A stretch of DNA of 50,200 bases from a virus. Made by a program: the position numbers and the translations under genes. How positions within the stretch are numbered: position 1 is the stretch's first letter; each line of letters begins with the position of its first letter. The notes below the pieces were generated by a model, which had not been told where the DNA came from, did not search any database, and was given only the letters and a program-made list of their open reading frames with translations. The stretch lies in the IMG/VR virus record IMGVR_UViG_3300045988_033256; one strand, written 5' to 3'. Positions 14,447 through 21,767 of this stretch are shown here, one piece after another.

Positions 14447-15136
14447 TCACTGGGTTTTCTCGTTGAAGCACTCTTTCACTTCGAACAGACCGTCGTTCTT
14501 GTCCTCATAGGGAAGCAGTTTGCCGCGCTTGTCACGGTAAATGTACTTTTTCTCGATAAGGAAATTAACGAAGCTCTTGGGCTTGATACCCAGTTCCTTT
14601 GCGGTTTCGCGGAAATTGGTCAGCAAGTTCCGATCGACAACCTCGTCGAAGTAACCCGCCTTGGGGCGCATGATCTCGTTCTCTACCTTTGCTGCGGAAA
14701 GCTCGACAGAGGTGCGGGAAAGCAGCGCGTTCTTTTCCTCAATGGTTTTCTGAGCGACAAGCAGGGCTTTCGCCATCAGTTCCTCAGGGCTGAGAGTTTC
14801 CTGGCCGGCAATGTAGCCGCCGTTCTTGCGGATAGAGGGAATAACATCGTGCGTAATCCATCGCTTGAACGCTTTGGCCTCCGGCTTGCGAGAGCCGAGA
14901 ACCAGAGTGTACAGGCCGGGTTCATTCACGGCGTTTACCGAAAGCCCGTTGCTGGCACCCTCGATTGAAACGAGGGTGCGCTCATCAGCATCTAAACGGC
15001 GCATGGCATCGGTGGGATTTCCGATTTCAAGCGCCTTGCAAACGTCAGCCGCTACGAACCACGGTTCATTCTCAATGTTCAGCGTGCGAACCTCGCCAAA
15101 TTCGGGGTTGGTAAATGCAATGATTTTGTTATCCAT
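14447..15136 (-). CDS. Phage antirepressor (BRO-N domain plus KilA-C/ORF6C-type C-domain)
   Basis: FTNPEFGEVRTLNIENEPWFVAADVCKALEIGN...AFKRWITHDVIPSIRKNGGY is the canonical BRO-N signature. Confidence 0.9.
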   Translation of the reverse strand: MDNKIIAFTNPEFGEVRTLNIENEPWFVAADVCKALEIGNPTDAMRRLDADERTLVSIEGASNGLSVNAVNEPGLYTLVLGSRKPEAKAFKRWITHDVIPSIRKNGGYIAGQETLSPEELMAKALLVAQKTIEEKNALLSRTSVELSAAKVENEIMRPKAGYFDEVVDRNLLTNFRETAKELGIKPKSFVNFLIEKKYIYRDKRGKLLPYEDKNDGLFEVKECFNEKTQ

Positions 15137-15138
15137 AC

Positions 15139-15339
15139 TTAATCCTCCATTTCGATGATGTCAGTTACCTTTGCGCGCAGCGCGTGAGCAATGCGGCCTA
15201 CGGTTTTGGGCGAACAATTCCCGCGCGCAATCGCGTTACACAAAGACTGGCGGGAGATTCCGCTAATTACGGCGAACTCGTTCTTCGTGAGCTGGTTTTC
15301 CGCAAGCAGAATGTCAATTTTGCTTTTGCTAAGTTTCAT
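15139..15339 (-). CDS. XRE-family HTH regulator (66 aa; Cro-like of the second switch)
   Basis: The start is trimmed to the ATG at 15339, preceded by GAGGTG. The HTH is LTKNEFAVISGISRQSLCNAIARG. Confidence 0.75.
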   Translation of the reverse strand: MKLSKSKIDILLAENQLTKNEFAVISGISRQSLCNAIARGNCSPKTVGRIAHALRAKVTDIIEMED

Positions 15340-15386
15340 TTGTGGCACCTCGTTTCTATTTCTAATTTTCGTATGTTGCAAGTATG

Positions 15387-15415
15387 ATTATATATTAAAT
15401 ATAGAATCGTGTCAA
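15387..15415 (-). promoter_or_regulatory. Consensus promoter TTGACA-17-TATAAT for the antirepressor operon
   Basis: The -35 is the reverse complement of 15410-15415 (tgtcaa). The -10 is the reverse complement of 15387-15392 (attata). Confidence 0.7.
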
Positions 15416-15450
15416 TGAAATTATACTATATTTCGTAAAGTGGTGAGTAA

Positions 15451-15942
15451 ATGACCGTAGGTGAACGGATTAAACAGCAAGCAGAAAAACGAGGAATATC
15501 CCTAAAAGAGTTGTCGAAACGCGCGGATATTCCGTACACAACGCTGTATTCTATGGTGAGAAGTGGTGCGGTTCGTGCATCCCATGACAAGTTAGCGGCT
15601 ATCGCCAATGCCCTTGAAATCAACGTGAACGAACTAAGCCCTGACGCTTCAATCCGTGTAAACAGTGCGCCGGAAATGGTGGAGCTACAGCAGAAAGTAG
15701 CAGCTGGTCAGGCAACCGAGCAGGAAAAGCAGGCATGGCTCGAAGCCAATCTAAAAGGCTTAGAGCGTATGCAACACTCAATCGAATTCATGCTGCATGA
15801 TCTCGCGCAGTATGATGAGACAAAAAAAATCGCCCGTCAATCTCGGCTGACGACAATATTCAATCAGCTTACCGAGGACGGGCAGGAAAAAGCATTGGAT
15901 TTCCTTGAGATCATGCTCGGAAATCCGAAATATAAGAAATAA
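15451..15942 (+). CDS. XRE-family repressor (163 aa; second immunity repressor)
   Basis: The HTH is ISLKELSKRADIPYTTLYSMVRSG. It is divergent from the antirepressor operon. Confidence 0.85.
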   Translation: MTVGERIKQQAEKRGISLKELSKRADIPYTTLYSMVRSGAVRASHDKLAAIANALEINVNELSPDASIRVNSAPEMVELQQKVAAGQATEQEKQAWLEANLKGLERMQHSIEFMLHDLAQYDETKKIARQSRLTTIFNQLTEDGQEKALDFLEIMLGNPKYKK

Positions 15943-15958
15943 AGGGGAGGGTAACTTA

Positions 15959-16471
15959 ATGGATGTTAATTTGCTGAACAACGAAAAAATTGTTACCGAA
16001 TGCACCTACGCACCGCGATTTTTCATGTGGTACAAAATTTCCATAGCCCTATGGAGTGTGTTTACCGTTGCTGTATTCTTCGGCGGGGTTGCAATAGGAG
16101 GAATCGTAAACGGTTTAGAATCCGCTTGGCTGATTGCTGTTATTGACGCGCTTGTAATATACGGAATGTATGCACAACAGCAAACTAAACTCGTTTTGAC
16201 AAATAAGCGTTTGATTGGCACGAAAGGCATTTTCAAAAAAGAAATGCTTGATGTTCCGCTTGATAAAATCGACAATGTATCTGTGAAAACGAAGTTCTCA
16301 GAAAACATTGGTGAAATTTCCATATACAGCAACAGTGGAATCTATACGATGCAGAAATTTGACCGTCCTGTTATCATGCGGCTTGCTATATTGGAGCAAA
16401 TCAGCATTTACAAACAGGAGCAGGCGGAAATGCATGCGCAGGCGATTGCAAAAGCCATGAAAAATGCGTAA
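15959..16471 (+). CDS. Membrane protein with bacterial PH domain (DUF304/bPH_2-like)
   Basis: The start is trimmed to the ATG at 15959, preceded by AAAGGGGAGGG. It has two N-terminal TM helices followed by KLVLTNKRLIGTKGIFKKEMLDVPLDKIDNVSV...GEISIY. Confidence 0.8.
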   Translation: MDVNLLNNEKIVTECTYAPRFFMWYKISIALWSVFTVAVFFGGVAIGGIVNGLESAWLIAVIDALVIYGMYAQQQTKLVLTNKRLIGTKGIFKKEMLDVPLDKIDNVSVKTKFSENIGEISIYSNSGIYTMQKFDRPVIMRLAILEQISIYKQEQAEMHAQAIAKAMKNA

Positions 16472-16479
16472 GCAAAAAA

Positions 16480-16513
16480 ATAACGCCCACCGGCGGCAAC
16501 CGGCGGACGTTAT
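16480..16513. terminator. Imperfect 14-bp hairpin preceded by an A7 run (terminator-like, mainly on the minus strand)
   Basis: The stems are ataacgcccaccgg and ccggcggacgttat, with 12 of 14 positions paired. The A-run at 16474-16480 would be the U-tract on the minus strand. Confidence 0.35.
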
Positions 16514-16581
16514 ACGGGGGTAGAAATCTTGTGCAACGGAATTCTACCCTCTTATTATATCGAAAATAGGAGGAAAATGCA

Positions 16582-17760
16582 ATGCCACGTCGAAAAAAAG
16601 ACCCTCGCGGCTTTGTCCGTGAGACCGGAACGTATATGGGAAAGCATTACGACCTGAGAGCAAAAACCGAAAAGGAACTCAACGAGAAAATCAGGGCAAA
16701 ACGTGCAGAGATCGAATCCGGAAGTAAACTCATTGAAGCCGGTGTTACCGTAAAGGAATGGGGGAAACGCTGGGTAGAAACTTACAAGTCCGGCGTGAAG
16801 GAATCCACGCGCAGGCTGATCGAGGGACGGATTGTGAACTACGTCTATCCCTACATTGGAGATATTCCTGTTAGTAAGGTACGTCCACTGAACTGTCAGG
16901 AAGCGCTTAACTCTGCGGAAGGACGTGCGCCGGACACCGTAAAGAAGGTGCAGCAGGCCATCGAGCAGATGTTCCGCGCAGCCAAGCAGAACGGCTTGTG
17001 CGTCAATAATCCTGCGGAAGATTTGAAGATGCCCCGTACTGGCAAGCAGAAGAGCCACAGGAGCATTACAGACCGAGAACGTGTTATTTTACTGGAAACC
17101 GCAAAGACGCATCCTGCGGGAACGTGGGTGCTTACTCTGCTGTATAGTGGCTTGCGTCCGGCGGAAAGCCTTGTGCTGACATACGCCGATATTACAGGCG
17201 GTATGATTACCGTTAACAAGGCATACGACCGGGACACCCGCGCCGAGAAATACCCCAAGTCAGACGCAGGCGTTCGCAAAATCCCGATCATCCCCCAGCT
17301 TGCCGCAGTCCTGCCGAAAGCCGGTTCGTTCGGTGAATTGGTTTTTCCGCGTAACGGGCACTTGTACGATGATAAGTCCATGCGTGCCATGTGGCAGGGT
17401 TTCCGCGCCGCAATGGACGATACCGAACGCGAGTTGATCGCGGCGGGGAAAATCTCACCCATCGCCGAGCAGTTGCCGCCTATCGTTCCATACGATCTGC
17501 GCCACACGTTCTGCACAGATTTAGAGCGTGCGGGCGTACCACTCAACGTCGCAAGCAAACTCATGGGACACGCATCTATCGAGATCACCGCCAAGATTTA
17601 CACGCACACCGGCGAGGATATGATTGAGCGTGCAGGTGAGCAATTAGCCGCCTTGTTCAGTCCCACATTTAGTCCCATTAACGAAATGCAAAAAACGCCT
17701 ATGGCTGACATTATGCGAGAGCTGAAAGAACTTCGTGCAGCAGTGCTCAAAGCCGTATAA
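16582..17760 (+). CDS. int: Tyrosine integrase (phage integrase family)
   Basis: 392 aa with an N-terminal arm-binding/SAM-like region. The catalytic motifs are RPAESLVL...DLRHTFCTDLERAG...LMGHASIEITAKIYTH. RBS AGGAGGAAAA is present. It is adjacent to attP. Confidence 0.95.
   Translation: MPRRKKDPRGFVRETGTYMGKHYDLRAKTEKELNEKIRAKRAEIESGSKLIEAGVTVKEWGKRWVETYKSGVKESTRRLIEGRIVNYVYPYIGDIPVSKVRPLNCQEALNSAEGRAPDTVKKVQQAIEQMFRAAKQNGLCVNNPAEDLKMPRTGKQKSHRSITDRERVILLETAKTHPAGTWVLTLLYSGLRPAESLVLTYADITGGMITVNKAYDRDTRAEKYPKSDAGVRKIPIIPQLAAVLPKAGSFGELVFPRNGHLYDDKSMRAMWQGFRAAMDDTERELIAAGKISPIAEQLPPIVPYDLRHTFCTDLERAGVPLNVASKLMGHASIEITAKIYTHTGEDMIERAGEQLAALFSPTFSPINEMQKTPMADIMRELKELRAAVLKAV
17659..17677 (+). 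repeat. Putative integrase arm-type sites (2 x AGTCCCA, 12-bp spacing), left arm
   Basis: The sequence is tcAGTCCCAcatttAGTCCCAtta. The same heptamer pair recurs to the right of the core. Confidence 0.5.
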
Positions 17761-17770
17761 AATAACAAAA

Positions 17771-17814
17771 AAAGCCTTGTTTCAATGGATTTACCAAAGA
17801 AACAAGGCTTTTTA
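17771..17814 (+). terminator. Rho-independent terminator (bidirectional type) after int
   Basis: 11-bp stem agccttgtttc/gaaacaaggct (17773-83 and 17799-809), followed by TTTT and preceded by an A-run. Confidence 0.8.
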
Positions 17815-17817
17815 ATA

Positions 17818-17869
17818 TGGAGCTGCTAACCAGATTTGAACTGGTGACCTCATCCTTACCAAGGACGAG
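17818..17869 (-). other. attP core: 3' portion (anticodon arm to CCA) of a tRNA-Thr(GGU) gene
   Basis: The reverse complement reads cgtcc-TTGGTAA-ggatg aggtc accag-TTCAAAT-ctggt tagcagc T CCA. This gives an anticodon loop with GGT, a T-arm, the acceptor 3' strand and CCA. No matching 5' acceptor or D-arm lies upstream. Confidence 0.7.
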
Positions 17870-17923
17870 GTGAAATTTCGAAACCCCACAGTATGTCTGA
17901 ACTTTTGACACTTCAAAAATTTT

Positions 17924-17942
17924 AGTCCCATGTTTAGTCCCA
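17924..17942 (+). repeat. Putative integrase arm-type sites (2 x AGTCCCA), right arm
   Basis: The sequence is tttAGTCCCAtgtttAGTCCCActt, with the same orientation and 12-bp spacing as the left pair. Confidence 0.5.
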
Positions 17943-18020
17943 CTTGACATATACATTGTACCACAGATAGCGCGGGACTTCAACACCGCAATGAAGGGAG
18001 GACATTTGCCCTCCCTTCAT

Positions 18021-18722
18021 TCAATGCTTCACAACATAGAGATAGTATGCCGTTTCCTTATTTTTTACTGCGTCCTTGTCTTCGAGCCAGAACGCACAAG
18101 CAGCGTCAACATAGTAATCAATGTTGCGGATGCCGTGTTTCTCGTTGACCTTGCAAAAGTCGGAGTAAACAGCGTTCATTGCCACCCAAAATTCTACCGG
18201 GTCGCAATTCATGTTGTGCTGCTGCATTACCTGCTTGCACTGTTCAAACGTCCAGTGCGGACCGGTCGTGCCGTCAGCGTTCTGCATGTTGTGCACCCAT
18301 TCGTCCGCCATGTCCTTAGTCATACGTCCGGTGTGCGTACTGGAAGCATAGCCCATAGTGCGCTCAGAACCGTGCGTCTTGTCACCTACATAAGAAGTAT
18401 CCCCCATGTAAGCATCATCGTCACGAAAGCCAATAGGGCGCATCTCGTCCTCGTAATCGGGGTACTCGTCATACTCCGGATATTCCATGCTGTTTTTCGG
18501 TGCAAAGCGTCCGTCAGAATAACGGCGATAATTCCGCATCTCCGGTTCGCCGCCGTGAATACGCTCATCATAGTAACCGTAAGGCTCAATATGATTGTAC
18601 CGATACCGCACGCCGTAATGCTGGCGATCTTCGGGATACGTCTTGCGGATTCTCCATTCCTCCGGCGAAGCATGCTCTCGGCGGGTGTGCTGCATCAACA
18701 GCATTCGGGTTCCTCGTTTCAT
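18021..18722 (-). CDS. Cargo protein C (233 aa): Tyr/Arg/Glu/Asp-rich low-complexity N-half plus conserved C-terminal globular domain
   Basis: RBS AAGGGGG is present. The N-half reads YGVRYRYNHIEPYGYYDE...EYPEYDEYPDYEDE. The C-half reads ADEWVHNMQNADGTTGPHWTFEQCKQVM...EFWVAMNAVYSDFCKV. Confidence 0.7.
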   Translation of the reverse strand: MKRGTRMLLMQHTRREHASPEEWRIRKTYPEDRQHYGVRYRYNHIEPYGYYDERIHGGEPEMRNYRRYSDGRFAPKNSMEYPEYDEYPDYEDEMRPIGFRDDDAYMGDTSYVGDKTHGSERTMGYASSTHTGRMTKDMADEWVHNMQNADGTTGPHWTFEQCKQVMQQHNMNCDPVEFWVAMNAVYSDFCKVNEKHGIRNIDYYVDAACAFWLEDKDAVKNKETAYYLYVVKH

Positions 18723-18734
18723 GATGATACCCCC

Positions 18735-19121
18735 TTACGCCGTCGGCGCTGTGCCGTTAATAGACCGCAGCGTGTCAGAATGAGAGCAGCAGGAATTACC
18801 GAGCATTCGGAAACTGCCGCCGCTGGACGAAGTGACCACCCGGCAAAGGTACTTGTGACGGGTGTCCAGATTAAACACTGTCGCCTGTGCGCCGTTGCAT
18901 TTCAGCAGCGGATACGTTACCGTTCCGTCGCCGATTGTGATTACTACCGGTGCGCCGATGATCGTTGTGCTCGGAATGTTCTGAGCGATCACGATTCCGT
19001 ATACGCAGCCGTTCTGGTAATCTCCCGCCGGAATGTTCACTGTCAGCACGCCGCTTGCGTAAGTCACGCCCTGTGAGATACGCAGGTTCGGACACAGTTT
19101 TTGTACAGGCTTGCAAGCCAT
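18735..19121 (-). CDS. Cargo protein B (128 aa): beta-rich, Cys-containing protein of unknown function
   Basis: The ATG at 19121 is preceded by GGAGG at 8-nt spacing. The protein reads MACKPVQKLCPNL...GNSCCSHSD. Confidence 0.7.
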   Translation of the reverse strand: MACKPVQKLCPNLRISQGVTYASGVLTVNIPAGDYQNGCVYGIVIAQNIPSTTIIGAPVVITIGDGTVTYPLLKCNGAQATVFNLDTRHKYLCRVVTSSSGGSFRMLGNSCCSHSDTLRSINGTAPTA

Positions 19122-19140
19122 AATCAAAACCTCCTATCAA

Positions 19141-19163
19141 AGCCGGGGGAATGTCCCCCGGCT
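19141..19163 (-). terminator. 9-bp GC hairpin between cargo genes A and B (attenuator or weak terminator)
   Basis: The stems are agccggggg and cccccggct with loop aatgt. On the minus strand the hairpin is followed by TTTGATAGG. Confidence 0.45.
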
Positions 19164-19174
19164 GAACGTATCTC

Positions 19175-19981
19175 TCACATGCCGCAGCAGGTGTTGCAGC
19201 CACAGCCGGAAAACTGGTAAGGTGCCGGAACCGGGAACGCCGGAACGGGAGCCGGACGCAGAGCGTTTACCAGATAATTGTTCTGTGCTTCCTGAGATGC
19301 GGCAAACTTCAAAGTCTGGTTCTCCGTCTGGAGCGCCGCGATCTTCTCTGCCTGACGTGCAGTTTCCATCTGGTCAATCCGCGCAATGATACGGTCGGTA
19401 TCGTTGTGGGTGGACTGGATAATGTCGCGTGCGTTGGTTGCCGCGTTGTAATTGGTGTCGCAGAAGCCGCGTTCTACCTGTCTCTGGGTGTCGCAGCAGC
19501 AGCTTGCCATCTGCGTACCGAGTGCGGTCAGGCCCGCGGTCACGCCGTTAAAGCCGTTGTTCATGTTGGTGTTTACGCCGTTGATAAGCTGGGCGTTCTG
19601 ATAGCCGAGCTGGCAAACCGAATTGTCCACGCCGTGGAAGCCGTTAGAAACCGCGCTGCCGAGCGTGTTGAAGCCGGTCAGCATACCGTTGTTCATGCTG
19701 TAAAAGCCGTTGCACAATCCGTCCTGAATGCCGAGAACGGAACGGGAAAGGTTGTTGAAATTAAACTCACTGCACAGGTCAGAACGAGTTACTGCACCCT
19801 GATAGCCTGCGCCGTTGCCGCCGTTGTTGCCCCAGCCCCAGCCGTTGCCGCCGAAGATCAGCGCAATAATCAGAAATGCAAAAATCCACGAGCCGTTGCC
19901 ACCCCACATACCGTCATTGCCGCCGCCGTTGTTGCTGTCCTGCCCCAGTGCATAACCCAGAGCCATCGAATCGTCACTCAT
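19175..19981 (-). CDS. Cargo protein A (268 aa): Gly/Asn-rich segments flanking one TM helix, NGF repeats, coiled coil, Pro-rich and Cys-rich C-terminus
   Basis: RBS AAAGGAGAC is present. GNGSWIFAFLIIALIFGGNGWGWG resembles YjcZ-type small sporulation proteins. The protein ends ...PAPVPAFPVPAPYQFSGCGCNTCCGM. Confidence 0.75.
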   Translation of the reverse strand: MSDDSMALGYALGQDSNNGGGNDGMWGGNGSWIFAFLIIALIFGGNGWGWGNNGGNGAGYQGAVTRSDLCSEFNFNNLSRSVLGIQDGLCNGFYSMNNGMLTGFNTLGSAVSNGFHGVDNSVCQLGYQNAQLINGVNTNMNNGFNGVTAGLTALGTQMASCCCDTQRQVERGFCDTNYNAATNARDIIQSTHNDTDRIIARIDQMETARQAEKIAALQTENQTLKFAASQEAQNNYLVNALRPAPVPAFPVPAPYQFSGCGCNTCCGM

Positions 19982-20009
19982 ATTAGAAGTCTCCTTTTTC
20001 TTGAAATAT

Positions 20010-20037
20010 GCAAAAACGAAGCGCGCGCTACTTCGTT
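20010..20037 (-). terminator. Rho-independent terminator on the minus strand, just upstream of cargo gene A
   Basis: The minus strand reads AACGAAG-tagcgcgcg-CTTCGTT followed by TTTTGCATATTT. Confidence 0.7.
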
Positions 20038-20083
20038 GTGCGCGAAATTATCCGTTTTTATCAAGAACAGAAAACTGAAAATA

Positions 20084-20092
20084 TGGTATAAT
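20084..20092 (+). promoter_or_regulatory. Extended -10 promoter TGGTATAAT
   Basis: It lies 24 nt upstream of the ATG at 20117. Confidence 0.6.
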
Positions 20093-20116
20093 GATTTTGT
20101 GAAAAGAGGTATTGAA

Positions 20117-20884
20117 ATGAAATTTGCTATTGAAAATTATTTAGGGAAACACATCAATCATGTAAAAATCATAGGCGTGGACAGTTCAAACATACATTCC
20201 AACTATCGTCACTGGGTTTTTCAGTGCGATTGCGGCAATATGTTTTGCGACATCCCTTGTCGTGTTTTGAGCGGTCACCGCAAATCATGCGGTTGCATAA
20301 AAGGGAAAAGCTCCATGACGCATGGTTGCAACGGAGACGAGTTTTATCCGACTTGGTGGTCAATGATGCAGCGTTGCTACAATCCAAAGAACCATAATTA
20401 CCAACGCTATGGCGCGAGAGGAATTAAGGTTTGTGAAGAATGGCAAGACCCGAAGCAATTCATTGCATGGGCGAAAAGCACCGCAGGTCACAAACTTAAA
20501 TCACTTTCACTCGATAGAAAAGATAACAATTCCGGATATTCTCCCGATAATTGCCGTTGGGCAACTGCACGCGAGCAGAGCAACAACAGGGTAACAACCG
20601 TATTCAATACCATTGATGGCGTTACTATGCCTTTTACCTATTGGTGCGAAAAATATAACATTTCTCCCGCTACCGTCCGCGCAAGAATGAAAAACGGATG
20701 TTCGTTAGAAACTGCGTTGAAGGAACCAACACATCAAGATCATGTAATGATAGCCATAAACGGAGTATCTAAAAACATAAGTGATTGGTGTAAAGAGTTT
20801 GGTGTTACAAGGAGTACAGCGTATAAACGAATTCGTTCCGGATGGGACCCGGTAAAAGCCGTTTCTACACCGCCCAGAAAATAA
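20117..20884 (+). CDS. Homing-endonuclease-like / DNA-binding moron protein (255 aa) in an AT-rich island
   Basis: The core is MTHGCNGDEFYPTWWSMMQRCYNP...YQRYGARGIKVCEEW...LSLDRKDNNSGYSPDNCRWATAREQSNNR. Two NUMOD1-like HTH repeats follow (IDGVTMPFTYWCEKYNISPATVRARM and INGVSKNISDWCKEFGVTRSTAYKRI). It is the only + strand gene in this region. Confidence 0.75.
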   Translation: MKFAIENYLGKHINHVKIIGVDSSNIHSNYRHWVFQCDCGNMFCDIPCRVLSGHRKSCGCIKGKSSMTHGCNGDEFYPTWWSMMQRCYNPKNHNYQRYGARGIKVCEEWQDPKQFIAWAKSTAGHKLKSLSLDRKDNNSGYSPDNCRWATAREQSNNRVTTVFNTIDGVTMPFTYWCEKYNISPATVRARMKNGCSLETALKEPTHQDHVMIAINGVSKNISDWCKEFGVTRSTAYKRIRSGWDPVKAVSTPPRK

Positions 20885-20910
20885 GGTAACTATAAAAATT
20901 TCTGTGATTT

Positions 20911-21135
20911 TTACAGTTTCATGCCGAACTGCTGTGCAAACTGATCGAGGTCGATTCCTCGTTCCTTTGCAATGTTCATTGCCATCTGCCGCAGCGCGTC
21001 CGGGCTTTTGCCCTGCATGGATTTCATTAGGGTGCTCACCATAGGATTATTGCCGGTCATTTGGTTCAGCATCATCATAGGATTTCCGCCGTTCCTCATA
21101 AGCTGCAACACCTGCATCATCGGATTATTTACCAT
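20911..21135 (-). CDS. Met/Asn-rich small protein (74 aa)
   Basis: The start is trimmed to the ATG at 21135, preceded by GGGAGGTG. Confidence 0.55.
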   Translation of the reverse strand: MVNNPMMQVLQLMRNGGNPMMMLNQMTGNNPMVSTLMKSMQGKSPDALRQMAMNIAKERGIDLDQFAQQFGMKL

Positions 21136-21523
21136 CGTTTGCACCTCCCAGTTGTTCACATAACTTGTTAAACCGTCGGATAAGCTCGTTGAATTCCGTT
21201 CTCGGAACATAATCTGACAAATCTATTTCCGCAGGTTTATTCGTTTCCGGCTCCTGTGCTCTGCGATACATCACAAAGTCAGCACAGCCGGTTTGCAAAT
21301 TAAGCTGTTTGGTGTAAATCGCGCCGTGTGCCGTGTCCGGCATGATAGTAAGCGCACCGGAAAAGTCCGTCTGTACCGCGCGTGCTTCCTCCACGCTTGC
21401 CACAGGTCGGACAATATGCTGTGGAGATTGCACCTGCTGTTGCATTGGTGTCTGCATTGGCTGTTGCGGGTACTGCTGTTGATACTGCGGCGTGTAGCCA
21501 GTGTAACCATAAGGATATGCCAT
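21125..21523 (-). CDS. Gln/Tyr-rich N-terminus protein (132 aa), conserved in Firmicutes phages, function unknown
   Basis: The protein begins MAYPYGYTGYTPQYQQQYPQQPMQ and continues VEEARAVQTDFSGALTIMPDTAHGAIYTK. The ATG at 21523 overlaps the upstream stop (TAATG). Confidence 0.65.
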   Translation of the reverse strand: MAYPYGYTGYTPQYQQQYPQQPMQTPMQQQVQSPQHIVRPVASVEEARAVQTDFSGALTIMPDTAHGAIYTKQLNLQTGCADFVMYRRAQEPETNKPAEIDLSDYVPRTEFNELIRRFNKLCEQLGGANDGK

Positions 21524-21693
21524 TAACCCAGCACCTCCGTAACGTGTTCGCTAATGGATTTACTTACCGCCTCTTTGTAGGATATATACTCCTCTAAGCA
21601 ATCTGTGTTGCCTGCGTTGCGGTAAACTGCTACAATGCGACGAGCGCACTCAGGGTCATACCCCATGCGTTCAAGTCTCTGTTCGTAACTCAT
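21523..21693 (-). CDS. Small hypothetical protein (56 aa)
   Basis: Hand translation gives MSYEQRLERMGYDPECARRIVAVYRNAGNTDCLEEYISYKEAVSKSISEHVTEVLG. RBS AAGGAAGTGA is present. It is below the track cutoff. Confidence 0.5.
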   Translation of the reverse strand: MSYEQRLERMGYDPECARRIVAVYRNAGNTDCLEEYISYKEAVSKSISEHVTEVLG

Positions 21694-21767
21694 GCGATCA
21701 CTTCCTTATACTGAAAGTATAAGGTCTGTCGGGCGTGAAAACCTGTCACAAATCTGTCAACTTGCTG

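Noticed and set aside
17818-17895. Complete phage-encoded tRNA gene
   Set aside because: Only the anticodon arm through CCA is present. The sequence where the 5' acceptor strand (GCTGCTA) and D-arm should be does not match. It is interpreted as the attP core.
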